Virus record (IMG/VR): IMGVR_UViG_3300044266_000210
Coordinates: 67,513 to 131,512 of that record
Source of the DNA: a virus
Taxonomy: Duplodnaviria; Caudoviricetes
DNA length: 64,000 nucleotides
Reading direction: 5' to 3' (one strand)
Positions 20,253 through 30,084 of this stretch are shown here, piece after piece; the first letter of the stretch is position 1; the number at the start of each line of letters is the position of its first letter. The notes beneath the pieces are model-generated. The model saw only the letters and a program-made list of their open reading frames with translations. It had not been told where the DNA came from and made no database searches. The position numbers and the translations under genes were made by a program.

Positions 20253-20582
20253 ATGGAACTCATTATTGGTGTTATCGCTATTGCGGTAGTTGGTTATTTT
20301 GTATTCTTCCGTAAGAAAGAGGAGATTGCTTCTCCTGCTCCGTACAAGGTAGAAACTCCTCAGCAAGATATTATGACAGGTATTATAGTTTCTCCTAAAG
20401 AAGCTCCTGCACCCGTCGTAGAAGAAGTCAAAGCTGAAGCTCCTGCACCTGTTGTAGAAGCCGCACCTGCTAAGAAGCCACGCAAACCACGTGCTCCTAA
20501 AGCAGAAAAACCAGCCGCAAAAAAAGCCGCTCCTAAAAAGGTAGCGGCTATTAAAGTAACTAAGAAATCAAAGAAGGCTTAA
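20253..20582 (+). CDS. Membrane-anchored protein with Pro/Ala/Lys-rich tail
   Basis: N-terminal TM helix; PAKK/AAKK repeats; SD AAGGA. Confidence 0.7.
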   Translation: MELIIGVIAIAVVGYFVFFRKKEEIASPAPYKVETPQQDIMTGIIVSPKEAPAPVVEEVKAEAPAPVVEAAPAKKPRKPRAPKAEKPAAKKAAPKKVAAIKVTKKSKKA

Positions 20583-21596
20583 TTTACGAGCCTGCTCGGC
20601 AAGTGCAAAACTTGCCAAGTTCTTAGCCTTGGACTCGCACATAATGTCGAAGTCGTGAAGGAAACTGAGGGCCCATTCGTTCACTGCTGTATTCCAGTAG
20701 AAGTCCGAGTGGGCCCTTAGCTTTTGAACCTTGTGCCCTGCCTCTAATAGAATCTGCTTGTTGGGCGGAACTAGAGAGTCGTGACCAGCCAGTAGATCTT
20801 CGCGGCTGACAGAGTAATGGCAAGTAGGCCGAACACCACGCCAGCTATCAACGACCCTTTTAACGCGGGGGTCCATAGCAGAGACATATTCGCCCGTCTT
20901 ACACCAATGGTGATGAATATCCAATACGATAGGAACGAGATCAGCCAACTCAAGGCAATCATCCAACCCATAACTTATTTCCTCGTTTTCGATAGTAATA
21001 CAATTGCGGGCTTCGGGGGATAGTCTTTTGTACGCGGCGCGGATACCTTCTGGACCGGCTCGACCCGCAATGTGGACGTTGATCTTAAAGTCTTGGAAGG
21101 TCTGACCATATCCCATCCAGCGTACCATGTCCGTATGGTATTCAAATTCATCGATACTCCGATCTACAATATCTGGGTTATCACTGGCCAGAACAGTAAA
21201 CTGGCCAGGATGCATACTGAGCTTAACATTGTTCTTGCGAGCCAAATCTCCGATTTGCTTAAAGCCTCTTTCGCAATAGGCTCTGACATCGGAAAGCCGC
21301 CAAAACCGGCTCCAAACTGGCTCAGTGTAAACAGGCAGTATATCGCTACTGAGTCGAACCATTCTAAGATTTTCATCAAGTTCTCCTACTCGTTGTACCA
21401 GTAGCCGAGTAGATTCAATGTTACCTTTCATAAGGTCCCACAGTTTTTCTTCAGCTACCGCGGTAGTTTGTCTATTTAGCCAAGCTACAGTTGTAGCGCC
21501 AGTGTTGTATTTCTTAGCATCATCTTTGGGTTTGATGCCATCGACTTGCCCTGCGTGATCAATCCACTTACAGGCAAAGCCTAGTTTCTTAGTCAT
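20568..21596 (-). CDS. uvsE: UV-damage endonuclease
   Basis: LGFACK, RLSSD, SMHPGQF, IENEE, LDIHHH, RAHSD, MCESKAK. Confidence 0.92.
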   Translation of the reverse strand: MTKKLGFACKWIDHAGQVDGIKPKDDAKKYNTGATTVAWLNRQTTAVAEEKLWDLMKGNIESTRLLVQRVGELDENLRMVRLSSDILPVYTEPVWSRFWRLSDVRAYCERGFKQIGDLARKNNVKLSMHPGQFTVLASDNPDIVDRSIDEFEYHTDMVRWMGYGQTFQDFKINVHIAGRAGPEGIRAAYKRLSPEARNCITIENEEISYGLDDCLELADLVPIVLDIHHHWCKTGEYVSAMDPRVKRVVDSWRGVRPTCHYSVSREDLLAGHDSLVPPNKQILLEAGHKVQKLRAHSDFYWNTAVNEWALSFLHDFDIMCESKAKNLASFALAEQARKLSLL

Positions 21597-22204
21597 AGTG
21601 TCTTTCTGTATTGATACATCCAATCGAGCCCATCACGATCTAATCCTCGTCCTATAAACTCAAAGTTATAGTTTTCAAGGTGTTGTTTTACAGAATCTGT
21701 CTGTCCACCTAAATTAGTATATTCGAAACTTAACTGATCAATGTTAAACATATTCCAATTTGTATCAATGATAACATCACCATCGATGCCCTCAATATCT
21801 AATGATAACACATCTATATAGGTTTTGTCAACTGTTCTGGTTAAAAACTCAGTAAGAGTTTCACAGGGTGCAATAAATTCACCCAAATTGCTTTGCCTAG
21901 TATGTTCTTTTTTAATACTAGTACATTGAAAATGCGGACCGTCTGATAATGCGTAGTAAAAAGTAATAGACCGTTCTGAGTAAGAACTTGGAACTATTCC
22001 GATATTATAAATTTCGGCCTGGGGATAATCTTTCCAACATTCTTGCAAAAATGGAATATTAATAGGATTTGGTTCTACCAGGAGTACTCGTCCTACAGTT
22101 TCTTTATCTAGAGACTTAACCATTCCGGTAAAGCCGTCGACAAAGTTTGCACTTGGATCTCTATCTCCTGCACCTGCACCTATCTGTACAAAAGTTTTTT
22201 TCAT
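21593..22204 (-). CDS. FkbM-family methyltransferase
   Basis: VQIGA, VEPNP, LSLDIEG motifs. Confidence 0.75.
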   Translation of the reverse strand: MKKTFVQIGAGAGDRDPSANFVDGFTGMVKSLDKETVGRVLLVEPNPINIPFLQECWKDYPQAEIYNIGIVPSSYSERSITFYYALSDGPHFQCTSIKKEHTRQSNLGEFIAPCETLTEFLTRTVDKTYIDVLSLDIEGIDGDVIIDTNWNMFNIDQLSFEYTNLGGQTDSVKQHLENYNFEFIGRGLDRDGLDWMYQYRKTL

Positions 22205-22368
22205 TTTACCTTTTGTAAGGACCAGCTACCGTCTTTGTTGTCAATCCACTCAAGTGTGTCACCTTCGACCCACCCTTGTAATTGTAGCATATCTTCAGGC
22301 AATGGCAAAATTAATTCACCTGTTTCGGGATCTTCCTCTATAGTGATAGTCCACTGTTGAGTACTCAT
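22201..22368 (-). CDS. AbrB/MazE-like small protein (55 aa)
   Basis: Manual translation MSTQQWTITIEEDPETGELILPLPEDML..GW.EGDTLEW. Confidence 0.65.
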   Translation of the reverse strand: MSTQQWTITIEEDPETGELILPLPEDMLQLQGWVEGDTLEWIDNKDGSWSLQKVK

Positions 22369-22532
22369 AGTCTGGCCATTTTGATATTAGCATAGGATAG
22401 GAAGGCGTTAAATGCCGCCCAACCATAATTGCCTCTTGCTAAATTATCTAGGAACGCATAGGCGCACCAACCTGCGACAAAAAAACTAATTGCATAACCG
22501 TTTTCTCTGAACCAATTTAACACAGTATCCAT
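22365..22532 (-). CDS. Small membrane protein (55 aa)
   Basis: Manual translation MDTVLNWFRENGY...; hydrophobic; SD GGAG. Confidence 0.55.
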   Translation of the reverse strand: MDTVLNWFRENGYAISFFVAGWCAYAFLDNLARGNYGWAAFNAFLSYANIKMARL

Positions 22533-22535
22533 TTG

Positions 22536-22790
22536 TTACTCCTTTGTTAGAGCCGCCCAAATTAAAAATTGCCGCATTGCTCTGTAAACATGCTCGGCTT
22601 CGTTATCATCTATGTCAAGTTTCTTACCTCGAACATAGAACCCGTCACTGGCCACTTTGAGCATTTCACTCTGACCCGTATAGAAAGTTATATTGGCACC
22701 GTCGCCATTCTCTGGCGGAGAGCTTATACTCAGTGCCGGGGTAGGCACAGGAATATCCTCTTCAAACATAAATCCACAAGCATCACACAT
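22536..22790 (-). CDS. Hypothetical protein
   Basis: ORF in operon. Confidence 0.55.
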   Translation of the reverse strand: MCDACGFMFEEDIPVPTPALSISSPPENGDGANITFYTGQSEMLKVASDGFYVRGKKLDIDDNEAEHVYRAMRQFLIWAALTKE

Positions 22791-22799
22791 AGTATTATT

Positions 22800-23738
22800 T
22801 TAAATGATATTACGGAAATAGTCAATGGTTTTTTTGAGTCCTTCTTCCAAAGAAATTTTTGGTTCCCATCCCAAAATTCTCTTGGCTTTCTCAATATTTG
22901 GTTTACGCTGTTTTGGATCATCCTGCGGCAATGGAGGATGTAAAATTGTATTAGAAGTACCCGTTAGCGCAATAACTTTTTCTGCCAATTCGTTCATGGT
23001 AAACTCTCCAGGATTGCCTAAATTAATCGGACCCGGAAGACCGTCTGGAGCATCTAACGACATATACTTTGTCATTCCGTCAATTAGGTCATCTACATAG
23101 CAAAAACTGCGAGTTTGTTCGCCGCTACCATAGACCGTGATATCTTTGCCTTGTAAGGCCTGAACAACAAAATTACTGACTACACGACCATCATTTTGCG
23201 CCATTCTAGGACCGTAAGTATTAAAGATACGAATAATGCGTACATCTACATTATGCATACGGAAGTAGTCCATGCATAAAGTTTCTGCGGCTCTTTTGCC
23301 TTCGTCGTAACAACTGCGAATGCCGATTGGATTTACATTACCCCAATAGTCTTCGGTTTGTGGATGAACTGCAGGATCACCGTAGACTTCAGATGTGCTA
23401 GCCTGTAGAATCTTAGCGCCTGTTCTTTTGGCAAGACCTAGCATATTGTAAGTACCAATTACACTGGTCTTCATTGTTTGTATAGGATCCCATTGATAAT
23501 AAAATGGACTTGCAGGACAGGCAAGGTTGTAAATTTCATCTACCTCAACATACAGAGGAATACAGATATCTTGACGAATAACTTCAAAATTTTTGTAGTC
23601 TAGTAGATGTTCAATATTCTTTTTGCTACCTGTAAAATAGTTGTCAACACAAAGAACATGATGTCCTTCCTTTACTAGGCGTTCACAGAGGTGGCTACCT
23701 AAAAAGCCGGCACCCCCGGTTACTAAAATCTTTTTCAT
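22800..23738 (-). CDS. UDP-glucuronate decarboxylase (UDP-xylose synthase), extended SDR
   Basis: [36 protein letters not shown]. Confidence 0.9.
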   Translation of the reverse strand: MKKILVTGGAGFLGSHLCERLVKEGHHVLCVDNYFTGSKKNIEHLLDYKNFEVIRQDICIPLYVEVDEIYNLACPASPFYYQWDPIQTMKTSVIGTYNMLGLAKRTGAKILQASTSEVYGDPAVHPQTEDYWGNVNPIGIRSCYDEGKRAAETLCMDYFRMHNVDVRIIRIFNTYGPRMAQNDGRVVSNFVVQALQGKDITVYGSGEQTRSFCYVDDLIDGMTKYMSLDAPDGLPGPINLGNPGEFTMNELAEKVIALTGTSNTILHPPLPQDDPKQRKPNIEKAKRILGWEPKISLEEGLKKTIDYFRNII

Positions 23739-24067
23739 TAATGATTCCTTATTCCGTCAAACACACAGACAAAATATAAATCTGTATCGCCTGTATTATG
23801 TACTCTATGAAAAGCACCATCGGCAATTAAAACAACATCTCCGGGATTTACTACAAACTTATCGTTGTCGATTTCCATCATGCCGCTGCCGTGTACAAAT
23901 TGGTACACTTCTTCTTGCCCGGCATGACTATGGCCGCTGGTGCTTTTACCAGGATGTAGAGTTGTTGAACTTACAACTAAATTTTTTAATGTCTTATTAT
24001 CTTTTACAATATAGCGGTCGTCATTTTTTACAACTTCGCCGCCTATATCAAAACCGCCTAGTTTCAT
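23738..24067 (-). CDS. Cupin domain protein
   Basis: HSH..QEE.Y and G.FHRV.N motifs. Confidence 0.8.
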   Translation of the reverse strand: MKLGGFDIGGEVVKNDDRYIVKDNKTLKNLVVSSTTLHPGKSTSGHSHAGQEEVYQFVHGSGMMEIDNDKFVVNPGDVVLIADGAFHRVHNTGDTDLYFVCVFDGIRNH

Positions 24068-24198
24068 TTACTTCCTTTCTTTTCAACGATACCGTATTGA
24101 TTATACAACCAAGAAATAAATCTTTCAATATCTTTGTTAGGAAAAGGGTAAACTCTATAGGCTATTTCAATTTTTTCTAACCAATCTTTATCTATCAT
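24064..24198 (-). CDS. Small hypothetical protein
   Basis: MIDKDWLEK... coupled to next gene. Confidence 0.5.
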   Translation of the reverse strand: MIDKDWLEKIEIAYRVYPFPNKDIERFISWLYNQYGIVEKKGSK

Positions 24199-24199
24199 T

Positions 24200-24952
24200 T
24201 TAAAATACTTGACTAAAACTGTTAATGTCTCTAGTAATTTTTTCGCCTTCCGGTAAGCCCAATCTAGTCCTTGGAACATCAATGGCTGCAAATACTAGCC
24301 AACTATCCGAATCGTTATATATTTCTGTAAACTTATGTACATCGTGTACAAACAGTTCTTTAAATTCCGAAATACGATTTTTATCAACTCTAGGGAGTTC
24401 TCCCCCTGGTAGCATATGAAATGCTGCACCCGATTCTGGTGCAAACAATGGAATAATAATTCTAACTAGGTGGTTGTCTGTGTGTGCGTATTCTCGTACG
24501 ATTGTTCTAAATTTAATTGTGCGAGGTGCAACTGCGGTGTAGTGTAAATTTACACAATCACTATCTAACAGTTGTGCTAAATTATAAGCTGAAGAATATT
24601 GAGCGGCATTAAATGTTCCGTAGACATCTGGGTTACTGATGCTTCTATGAATATTGTGTAATTCGTCTTCAAATGTATAAACTAAAGATCTGAATCTAAT
24701 GCCGTCAGGATTTACCTCAAATTTATTTTGTTCAGCGTTAAAAGTTTGTACTTTGTGCTCGTACAGTGCGCTTACTTCTGGCCCCAATACATTGTTAATG
24801 TCTTCGTGATTATCCCACCAGGTTACTGCACTTTCAATGTCAGAAAAGTTTTTCATAACATCGTCCTTCAACCCTTGTATATAAGGTTGAAGTAAAGTAT
24901 AAAAATCAGGAATATCTTCCTTTGTCCAGGTTTGTTTTGGTGGTTGATACAT
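24200..24952 (-). CDS. Hypothetical protein, possibly degenerate AspH-like oxygenase fold
   Basis: RIIIPL and N.SD...D pattern, metal-binding His residues not evident. Confidence 0.5.
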   Translation of the reverse strand: MYQPPKQTWTKEDIPDFYTLLQPYIQGLKDDVMKNFSDIESAVTWWDNHEDINNVLGPEVSALYEHKVQTFNAEQNKFEVNPDGIRFRSLVYTFEDELHNIHRSISNPDVYGTFNAAQYSSAYNLAQLLDSDCVNLHYTAVAPRTIKFRTIVREYAHTDNHLVRIIIPLFAPESGAAFHMLPGGELPRVDKNRISEFKELFVHDVHKFTEIYNDSDSWLVFAAIDVPRTRLGLPEGEKITRDINSFSQVF

Positions 24953-24986
24953 TAAGTTTCTCCAATTATTCTACTATTTAACTTAA

Positions 24987-25178
24987 TCACCAATGTCTTA
25001 TAGTGTTTGCAATAATAAAAAAACAGGTAATAATATGAATAATTACCCAAAATGTTTTTAAAAAAAGCGCTATCCTGGCCTCTTTTAGTGTTAAAATAGG
25101 AACATCGGGCCGGTCATCATCTGTATTACCCATTAGATGACCTGTGGCCCTTGCCCAAATACGCTCTAGGCTATTCAT
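24987..25178 (-). CDS. Small membrane protein
   Basis: C-terminal TM helix. Confidence 0.6.
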   Translation of the reverse strand: MNSLERIWARATGHLMGNTDDDRPDVPILTLKEARIALFLKTFWVIIHIITCFFIIANTIRHW

Positions 25179-25190
25179 AGTTTTCTTATA

Positions 25191-25694
25191 TTATGCAAAC
25201 AAGTCCTCGCCCCATTCGCGGTGTCCTTCGCGGAAAGCCATATTACTTTGTGTTTCACGCACTTCGACACGATAACACCACAGTCTTTCCGATTCAGCAG
25301 GTCCCCAATAGTCAGGAACATAAACCCCGTTTACGAACTTATATAGCATATCTGCTAATCCTTCACAGCCAAGGCGTGGAAGAATAGTTAATTTTGCCAT
25401 CTTCTTGCTTTCTAGTAACTTGTATGTTTCCAGTTCTGGATCATCTTGTGCTACAAGCAAGGTATGATCAAATTGATCCTCGAGGATTTTTTTGAGCTCT
25501 TTAAGACCGCCGTAATCTGCACACCAGTTACGAACATCAAGGTCGTCGGTTCCAAAATAGAACTTCATACTAAATGAGTAGCCGTGAATTAGATTACAAT
25601 GGCTGTCAGCCCTCCATTGTCGGTAGGCACAAGGGAACGCATCGTGGTATTCCTTAGTACTTACAAATTTATAGTCAATATGTTGTTTTGCCAT
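25191..25694 (-). CDS. queD: 6-carboxytetrahydropterin synthase (QueD/PTPS)
   Basis: CNLIHGYS, FDHTLL, VRET motifs. Confidence 0.85.
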   Translation of the reverse strand: MAKQHIDYKFVSTKEYHDAFPCAYRQWRADSHCNLIHGYSFSMKFYFGTDDLDVRNWCADYGGLKELKKILEDQFDHTLLVAQDDPELETYKLLESKKMAKLTILPRLGCEGLADMLYKFVNGVYVPDYWGPAESERLWCYRVEVRETQSNMAFREGHREWGEDLFA

Positions 25695-25705
25695 CTCTTC
25701 TCTCC

Positions 25706-25772
25706 TTTATAAAAGTAGCAAGTTTGATGACATGCAGAATTTATAAAGCGGGATGAATGTCTTAGAGCCGCT
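25706..25772 (-). promoter_or_regulatory. Candidate structured 5'-UTR element of queD
   Basis: AGCGG/CCGCU stem; loop GACAU complementary to AUGUC in a second hairpin whose base reaches the SD. Confidence 0.5.
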
Positions 25773-25780
25773 GTATGTTT

Positions 25781-25809
25781 ATGTTACTATTTAAGTATGT
25801 AGATGTCAA
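25781..25809 (-). promoter_or_regulatory. sigma70-type promoter for queD
   Basis: TTGACA-17-TAACAT. Confidence 0.55.
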
Positions 25810-25812
25810 GCA

Positions 25813-25980
25813 TTATTTTTTCAAATCGTCAACATCGTTGCGTAGGCTTTTAATTTCGTCTGCTAGAAATTTCACAAGTCCGCGCTCCTTGTTTCTACCG
25901 TCACACTCTTTTTTGAGAAGTGATAAGATCCAGATAATTCCGATGCCTGTGATGCCTAATATTGTTATTCCATATGCCAT
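25813..25980 (-). CDS. Small membrane protein with coiled-coil tail (55 aa)
   Basis: Manual translation MAYGITILGITGIGIIWIL...; SD GGAG. Confidence 0.6.
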   Translation of the reverse strand: MAYGITILGITGIGIIWILSLLKKECDGRNKERGLVKFLADEIKSLRNDVDDLKK

Positions 25981-26043
25981 AATAAATCTCCCATGAGCAG
26001 TATTATTTACACCACTTGATGGGAGATTTTAGTCTGTAGTTTA

Positions 26044-26628
26044 TTATCGACTCTCTACAATACGATCACATAGTCCGTATGCAAGTGCTTCACTGGCGCT
26101 CATAAATGTATCTCGATCCATGTCGCGCTCAAATTCTTCATAGGTTTTGCCTGCGGTATTATGCTTAACATATAGTTTAGTCAGCATTTCTTTCATATAT
26201 GTAATCTCTTTATATTGAATTTCAATGTCGCTTTGCATACCACGGGCGCCGCCACTGGGTTGATGGATCATATGACGCGAATGCGGTAACATAAATCTTT
26301 TTCCTGGAGTGCCAGACTGCGCCAAGAAACTACCCATACTACAGGCTTGACCGAGTACATAGGTAGCAACATCGGGTTTAACAAACTGCATCACATCATA
26401 GATAGCCATACCACTGGTAATAACACCACCGGGGCTGTTGATGTAGAAGTTTATATCCTTCTCACTGTCTTGACTCTCTAGGTGAAGCATCTGTGCTACG
26501 ATCAGATTGCTACTGGCATCATCAACTGGCCCGTTGAGGAACACAATACGCTCATTGAGCAAGCGACTGTAAATATCAAAGGCTCGTTCGCCTTGACCAG
26601 TCTTTTCGATTACCATCGGTACTAACAT
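26044..26628 (-). CDS. clpP: ATP-dependent Clp protease proteolytic subunit
   Basis: DIYSRLL, YINSPGG, ACSMGS, MIHQP, RD triad motifs. Confidence 0.95.
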   Translation of the reverse strand: MLVPMVIEKTGQGERAFDIYSRLLNERIVFLNGPVDDASSNLIVAQMLHLESQDSEKDINFYINSPGGVITSGMAIYDVMQFVKPDVATYVLGQACSMGSFLAQSGTPGKRFMLPHSRHMIHQPSGGARGMQSDIEIQYKEITYMKEMLTKLYVKHNTAGKTYEEFERDMDRDTFMSASEALAYGLCDRIVESR

Positions 26629-27077
26629 TAAAATTCATCCTTTAAAATTGGTGTAGATTTACTCAGACCTGCTACAATCTGAAATTGTTCCCAAGCCTTT
26701 TTAACAGCAGGGTTTGATTCTAGTTCTTCTGTTGGCAGACTTGCTTCTAGCCAGTAGTAAGGCAACCGGCTAGGATGTGCGCCAAATTGTCGAGGCTGGT
26801 GCAGTTTGCCCGACTCCATTAGTTCAATGCTTACGCTACGGAAACGATCTTCGTCTTCGTCTGAAAATCCTGCCCATTCGGGATTAGCGCCGCTGAACAT
26901 TCCGCGGAAAGGATTTCCGTCAGTGCCCCCGCCGTATCCTTCCCAAATACCCTGCCATTGTTCGTCGTTGTGCGGATCAAAATCGGTGCGGGCAATAACA
27001 ACTAACACATCTGAAATATCTACCTTGCCTTCGACAATATCACGAATACAACGGCTATAACTTAGTCCAATTTTCAT
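26628..27077 (-). CDS. Hypothetical protein
   Basis: Coupled ORF. Confidence 0.65.
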   Translation of the reverse strand: MKIGLSYSRCIRDIVEGKVDISDVLVVIARTDFDPHNDEQWQGIWEGYGGGTDGNPFRGMFSGANPEWAGFSDEDEDRFRSVSIELMESGKLHQPRQFGAHPSRLPYYWLEASLPTEELESNPAVKKAWEQFQIVAGLSKSTPILKDEF

Positions 27078-27499
27078 TTTGCAACCCTTTCTTTATAACG
27101 AGCCTGTCGCTCTTCATTGTGTTCGTCACATAGGACCTTAATCCAACCTTCATTGCGGCTTTCGCCCGGCTTACCACAAACCTCGCAGGTAACTCCGCTC
27201 ATACTTTCGGCCATAGCACACAATCCGTTAATATAATCATCGCCGCCGCTGTAATAGAAGCGCAAGGTTCCAAATTTTTCTTTAATTTGCATGGCAACAA
27301 CCTGCGGAACAACTTCGCTATCTTTATTCTTCCAATCAATATGATGTTGGATGTTGTTGCAAAGTTGATTGATAATTTGAAACCAACCATCGCCGCATTC
27401 AAAACCCCAGCACATTAAAGTTTCTTTCATGTTGCCGTGTCTATCCTTAAAGATTTTAGGATAGACCTTACATAGATATTCGTCAAGTTCCTGTTTCAT
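27074..27499 (-). CDS. Conserved-type phage protein (QIKEKFGTLRFY, CxxC)
   Basis: Motif typical of phage hypothetical family. Confidence 0.7.
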   Translation of the reverse strand: MKQELDEYLCKVYPKIFKDRHGNMKETLMCWGFECGDGWFQIINQLCNNIQHHIDWKNKDSEVVPQVVAMQIKEKFGTLRFYYSGGDDYINGLCAMAESMSGVTCEVCGKPGESRNEGWIKVLCDEHNEERQARYKERVAK

Positions 27500-27746
27500 T
27501 TTGTTTATCCAGTTCGTGTTGTTTAACCATTCTATACAAAGGCTCCATTCGTTCTTGGAAAACTTCTGGAGCCTTGTCTGCAGCCTGTTTTAGATCAGAA
27601 GCAAACGGATAGTGCCGCAAAATACTATATGCCTCCTGCCTAACAGCCTTGGGTATTCGAGGATACTTCTTTCTATCGTGAGCAATTTCTTGTAGGAAAC
27701 GACTTGCCCACATTACAGCACGGTATCGTTCGTCAGGCAATGTCAT
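27483..27746 (-). CDS. Hypothetical protein (MTLPDER..LRHYP)
   Basis: Coupled ORF. Confidence 0.65.
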   Translation of the reverse strand: MTLPDERYRAVMWASRFLQEIAHDRKKYPRIPKAVRQEAYSILRHYPFASDLKQAADKAPEVFQERMEPLYRMVKQHELDKQNETGT

Positions 27747-28374
27747 TTTTCTTTTGCTTCTTTAAGTTTTTCATAGACTTTTCCCACATTCTTTCGTCAA
27801 AAGTTTTCTCTTTTTTGAGTTCTTCAAAATATTTTTTATTCTTTTCTTCAAAAGAAACAGGATCACGCTGGTGTTCTTCAATGGCAGCTCGTAATGCTTC
27901 CTCAATAAAATCGTTAAATTTCATATCGCGTTCGTGTGCTATAACCATATACTTGAGTAGTTCTTCATCGGTAAAATCCACCGGAATGCTAATTCGAGTA
28001 TCATATTCTTCCCCGGCAACAATAGCCAGGGCTTTTTGAATCCAATCGTCGTTGACTTCAAGATCAGTGTAGTCTACATCATCCCAGGCTTGGTTAGCAT
28101 AAGAATCATTCTTAGATTGCTTTTCTACAGCCTCTTTATAAAGAGGGTTGATCAACCTATAGGCACGATCGTTGGTGTAGTCACAGGCTTCTACCTGGTA
28201 GACAAGTTGAGTTTTTGTGTCAAACACAATATTGAAACTCCAGCCACCGTGGCCGTGAACACCATTCCAGGCACTTAGGCAATGAGCATCATATCCAAAT
28301 GCTTCTGAATACCATGCATCGCCCTCGGTGATACGATAGCCAACTACTTCCATCCATTCTTTTAAGGTAATCAT
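27733..28374 (-). CDS. Hypothetical protein
   Basis: Coupled ORF. Confidence 0.65.
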   Translation of the reverse strand: MITLKEWMEVVGYRITEGDAWYSEAFGYDAHCLSAWNGVHGHGGWSFNIVFDTKTQLVYQVEACDYTNDRAYRLINPLYKEAVEKQSKNDSYANQAWDDVDYTDLEVNDDWIQKALAIVAGEEYDTRISIPVDFTDEELLKYMVIAHERDMKFNDFIEEALRAAIEEHQRDPVSFEEKNKKYFEELKKEKTFDERMWEKSMKNLKKQKKNDIA

Positions 28375-28562
28375 GTTATCTTCCTTGAGTTAAGTTTACG
28401 ACATTCTTGCTTGACAGATTCGGGATAATCCGGACTGATTTCAGCAATACTGCAATCATAGCGTATAACACCATGCCTAGGATAATAGCTAATGATAATA
28501 TACATTGTAGCACAAATTGCCAGTATCTGTAAGAAAATAATTGCCAATCCTTTATGTGTCAT
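28371..28562 (-). CDS. Small membrane protein
   Basis: N-terminal TM helix. Confidence 0.6.
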   Translation of the reverse strand: MTHKGLAIIFLQILAICATMYIIISYYPRHGVIRYDCSIAEISPDYPESVKQECRKLNSRKIT

Positions 28563-29743
28563 TTAAACACCTTCAGGATAACAGTATCTTCGTTGAAGCG
28601 ACCATTTAGTAAAGTTTCTGTAGTCTTAATACCTTTGAACCAGGTTTCGACACGCTTCTGCGTATTCTGTTCCTTAAACTCTTTGAGTTGTTCGACAGGC
28701 TTACGCAGAGTCTTTTGGAAACTTTTATCTGAAAAGTTTAGTAGGCTAGTACCTTTAACACTAATGCCTTCGGAACTCTTGCTGATATAGTAGCCAACCT
28801 TGCGAGTCTTGGCATTAAACACAGCAACAGCCTGCGCTCCAATGATACCTGTAGGCGGCACTGACACAACGCCCAACTTGTCATCCTTGATAAGGAATTT
28901 AAGTTTAGATACCAACTGTTCAGCAGGTTTAACCTTTTTAGCGCGAGGCTTCTTCATGACCTTAGCTTCTGCGGCAATTTGGTCACAAGCGGCCATAATG
29001 CTGTCGTAGAACTCGATCAGTTTCTTAACATTCTTACGGGGAAGATGCTTATACCCTTCTCTCAGTTGTTCATCGGCATTACCGCTAGCTAGTTCTAGCA
29101 GTTCATCTTGCCCTCGCTTGAAGAAGCCTTTGATATAGCGAGCATGAGCGGCTTTGGCACCCTTACCTCGCAACAGATTTACAATTTTAAATGCCTTAGG
29201 ATCAAATGCATCCGGATCGGTAATAAAGCTGTCAATGGCATAGTCCAGTTCTTCACTCATATCGCCTGCGGTTTCACGCAGACGATCTTGAATGTTAGGT
29301 ACATAGACAGCAACCTTTTCAACTTTCTTAGGTGCGTCCTCGTCCTCGTCAAGGTCGTTAGCACCTTCTTTGAGAACTTTTTCAATTTCGCTACGCAACC
29401 AAGCACCTGTATCTTTACCGCTGTTAAATCCTGCGTGAATTTCGGGCATACCCTTAACAAGACACGCGGCAACACCAACCATAGTGCCGTTAAAATACTT
29501 GTCTTTGGTTTTGCGAATGGAATCCGAATCGCTCTTATCGTAGCCGTTCATATTCATCCATTCAACTAGTTTGGGCTTGAGTTCTTTAACACCAGACTCA
29601 AGGCGGTACCATTCCATAGAACGACGGAAATGGGCAGTAAACTTATCTGCATCCCATTCGTCTGCACCGTCCCACTTAGGACTCATATCTCGACTCTTAT
29701 TTTGGCGAATTGCAATGCTTGCTTTTTGAAGTTTAGTAGCCAT
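28559..29743 (-). CDS. Lys-rich hypothetical early protein (394 aa)
   Basis: Long ORF, SD AAGGAG, consensus promoter upstream. Confidence 0.75.
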   Translation of the reverse strand: MATKLQKASIAIRQNKSRDMSPKWDGADEWDADKFTAHFRRSMEWYRLESGVKELKPKLVEWMNMNGYDKSDSDSIRKTKDKYFNGTMVGVAACLVKGMPEIHAGFNSGKDTGAWLRSEIEKVLKEGANDLDEDEDAPKKVEKVAVYVPNIQDRLRETAGDMSEELDYAIDSFITDPDAFDPKAFKIVNLLRGKGAKAAHARYIKGFFKRGQDELLELASGNADEQLREGYKHLPRKNVKKLIEFYDSIMAACDQIAAEAKVMKKPRAKKVKPAEQLVSKLKFLIKDDKLGVVSVPPTGIIGAQAVAVFNAKTRKVGYYISKSSEGISVKGTSLLNFSDKSFQKTLRKPVEQLKEFKEQNTQKRVETWFKGIKTTETLLNGRFNEDTVILKVFK

Positions 29744-29774
29744 TTAGTGCTCCTTTGTGCGTCAGTATAGTTAT

Positions 29775-29803
29775 ATTATAGAGCATTTTTACCAATTTGT
29801 CAA
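29775..29803 (-). promoter_or_regulatory. sigma70 consensus promoter
   Basis: TTGACA-17-TATAAT. Confidence 0.8.
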
Positions 29804-30084
29804 CAGTCTCTTAGGTCTATTTTACCAGATTTATCCAAATATTCTGAGTATTTGAGTAAGAACATTGTCCGTTTTGGCTCATCGTAAAAGTCCAAATGTA
29901 TTTGGTCGACAGGATAACTGCCACCTACATCGTGTCTCCATACTCTGTGTGTTCTGGATGTAAATCCTAGCACTCGCCGCATGACGGGACGAATCAAAAG
30001 AACACTAGCGGGATAGTTTCTGGCTATTTGCTGATAAATTTTTGCCCACTGTTCTTGATTAAGTATCAGTGCCTTGCTCATCAA
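29800..30084 (-). CDS. Hypothetical protein
   Basis: ORF in operon. Confidence 0.55.
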   Translation of the reverse strand: MMSKALILNQEQWAKIYQQIARNYPASVLLIRPVMRRVLGFTSRTHRVWRHDVGGSYPVDQIHLDFYDEPKRTMFLLKYSEYLDKSGKIDLRDC

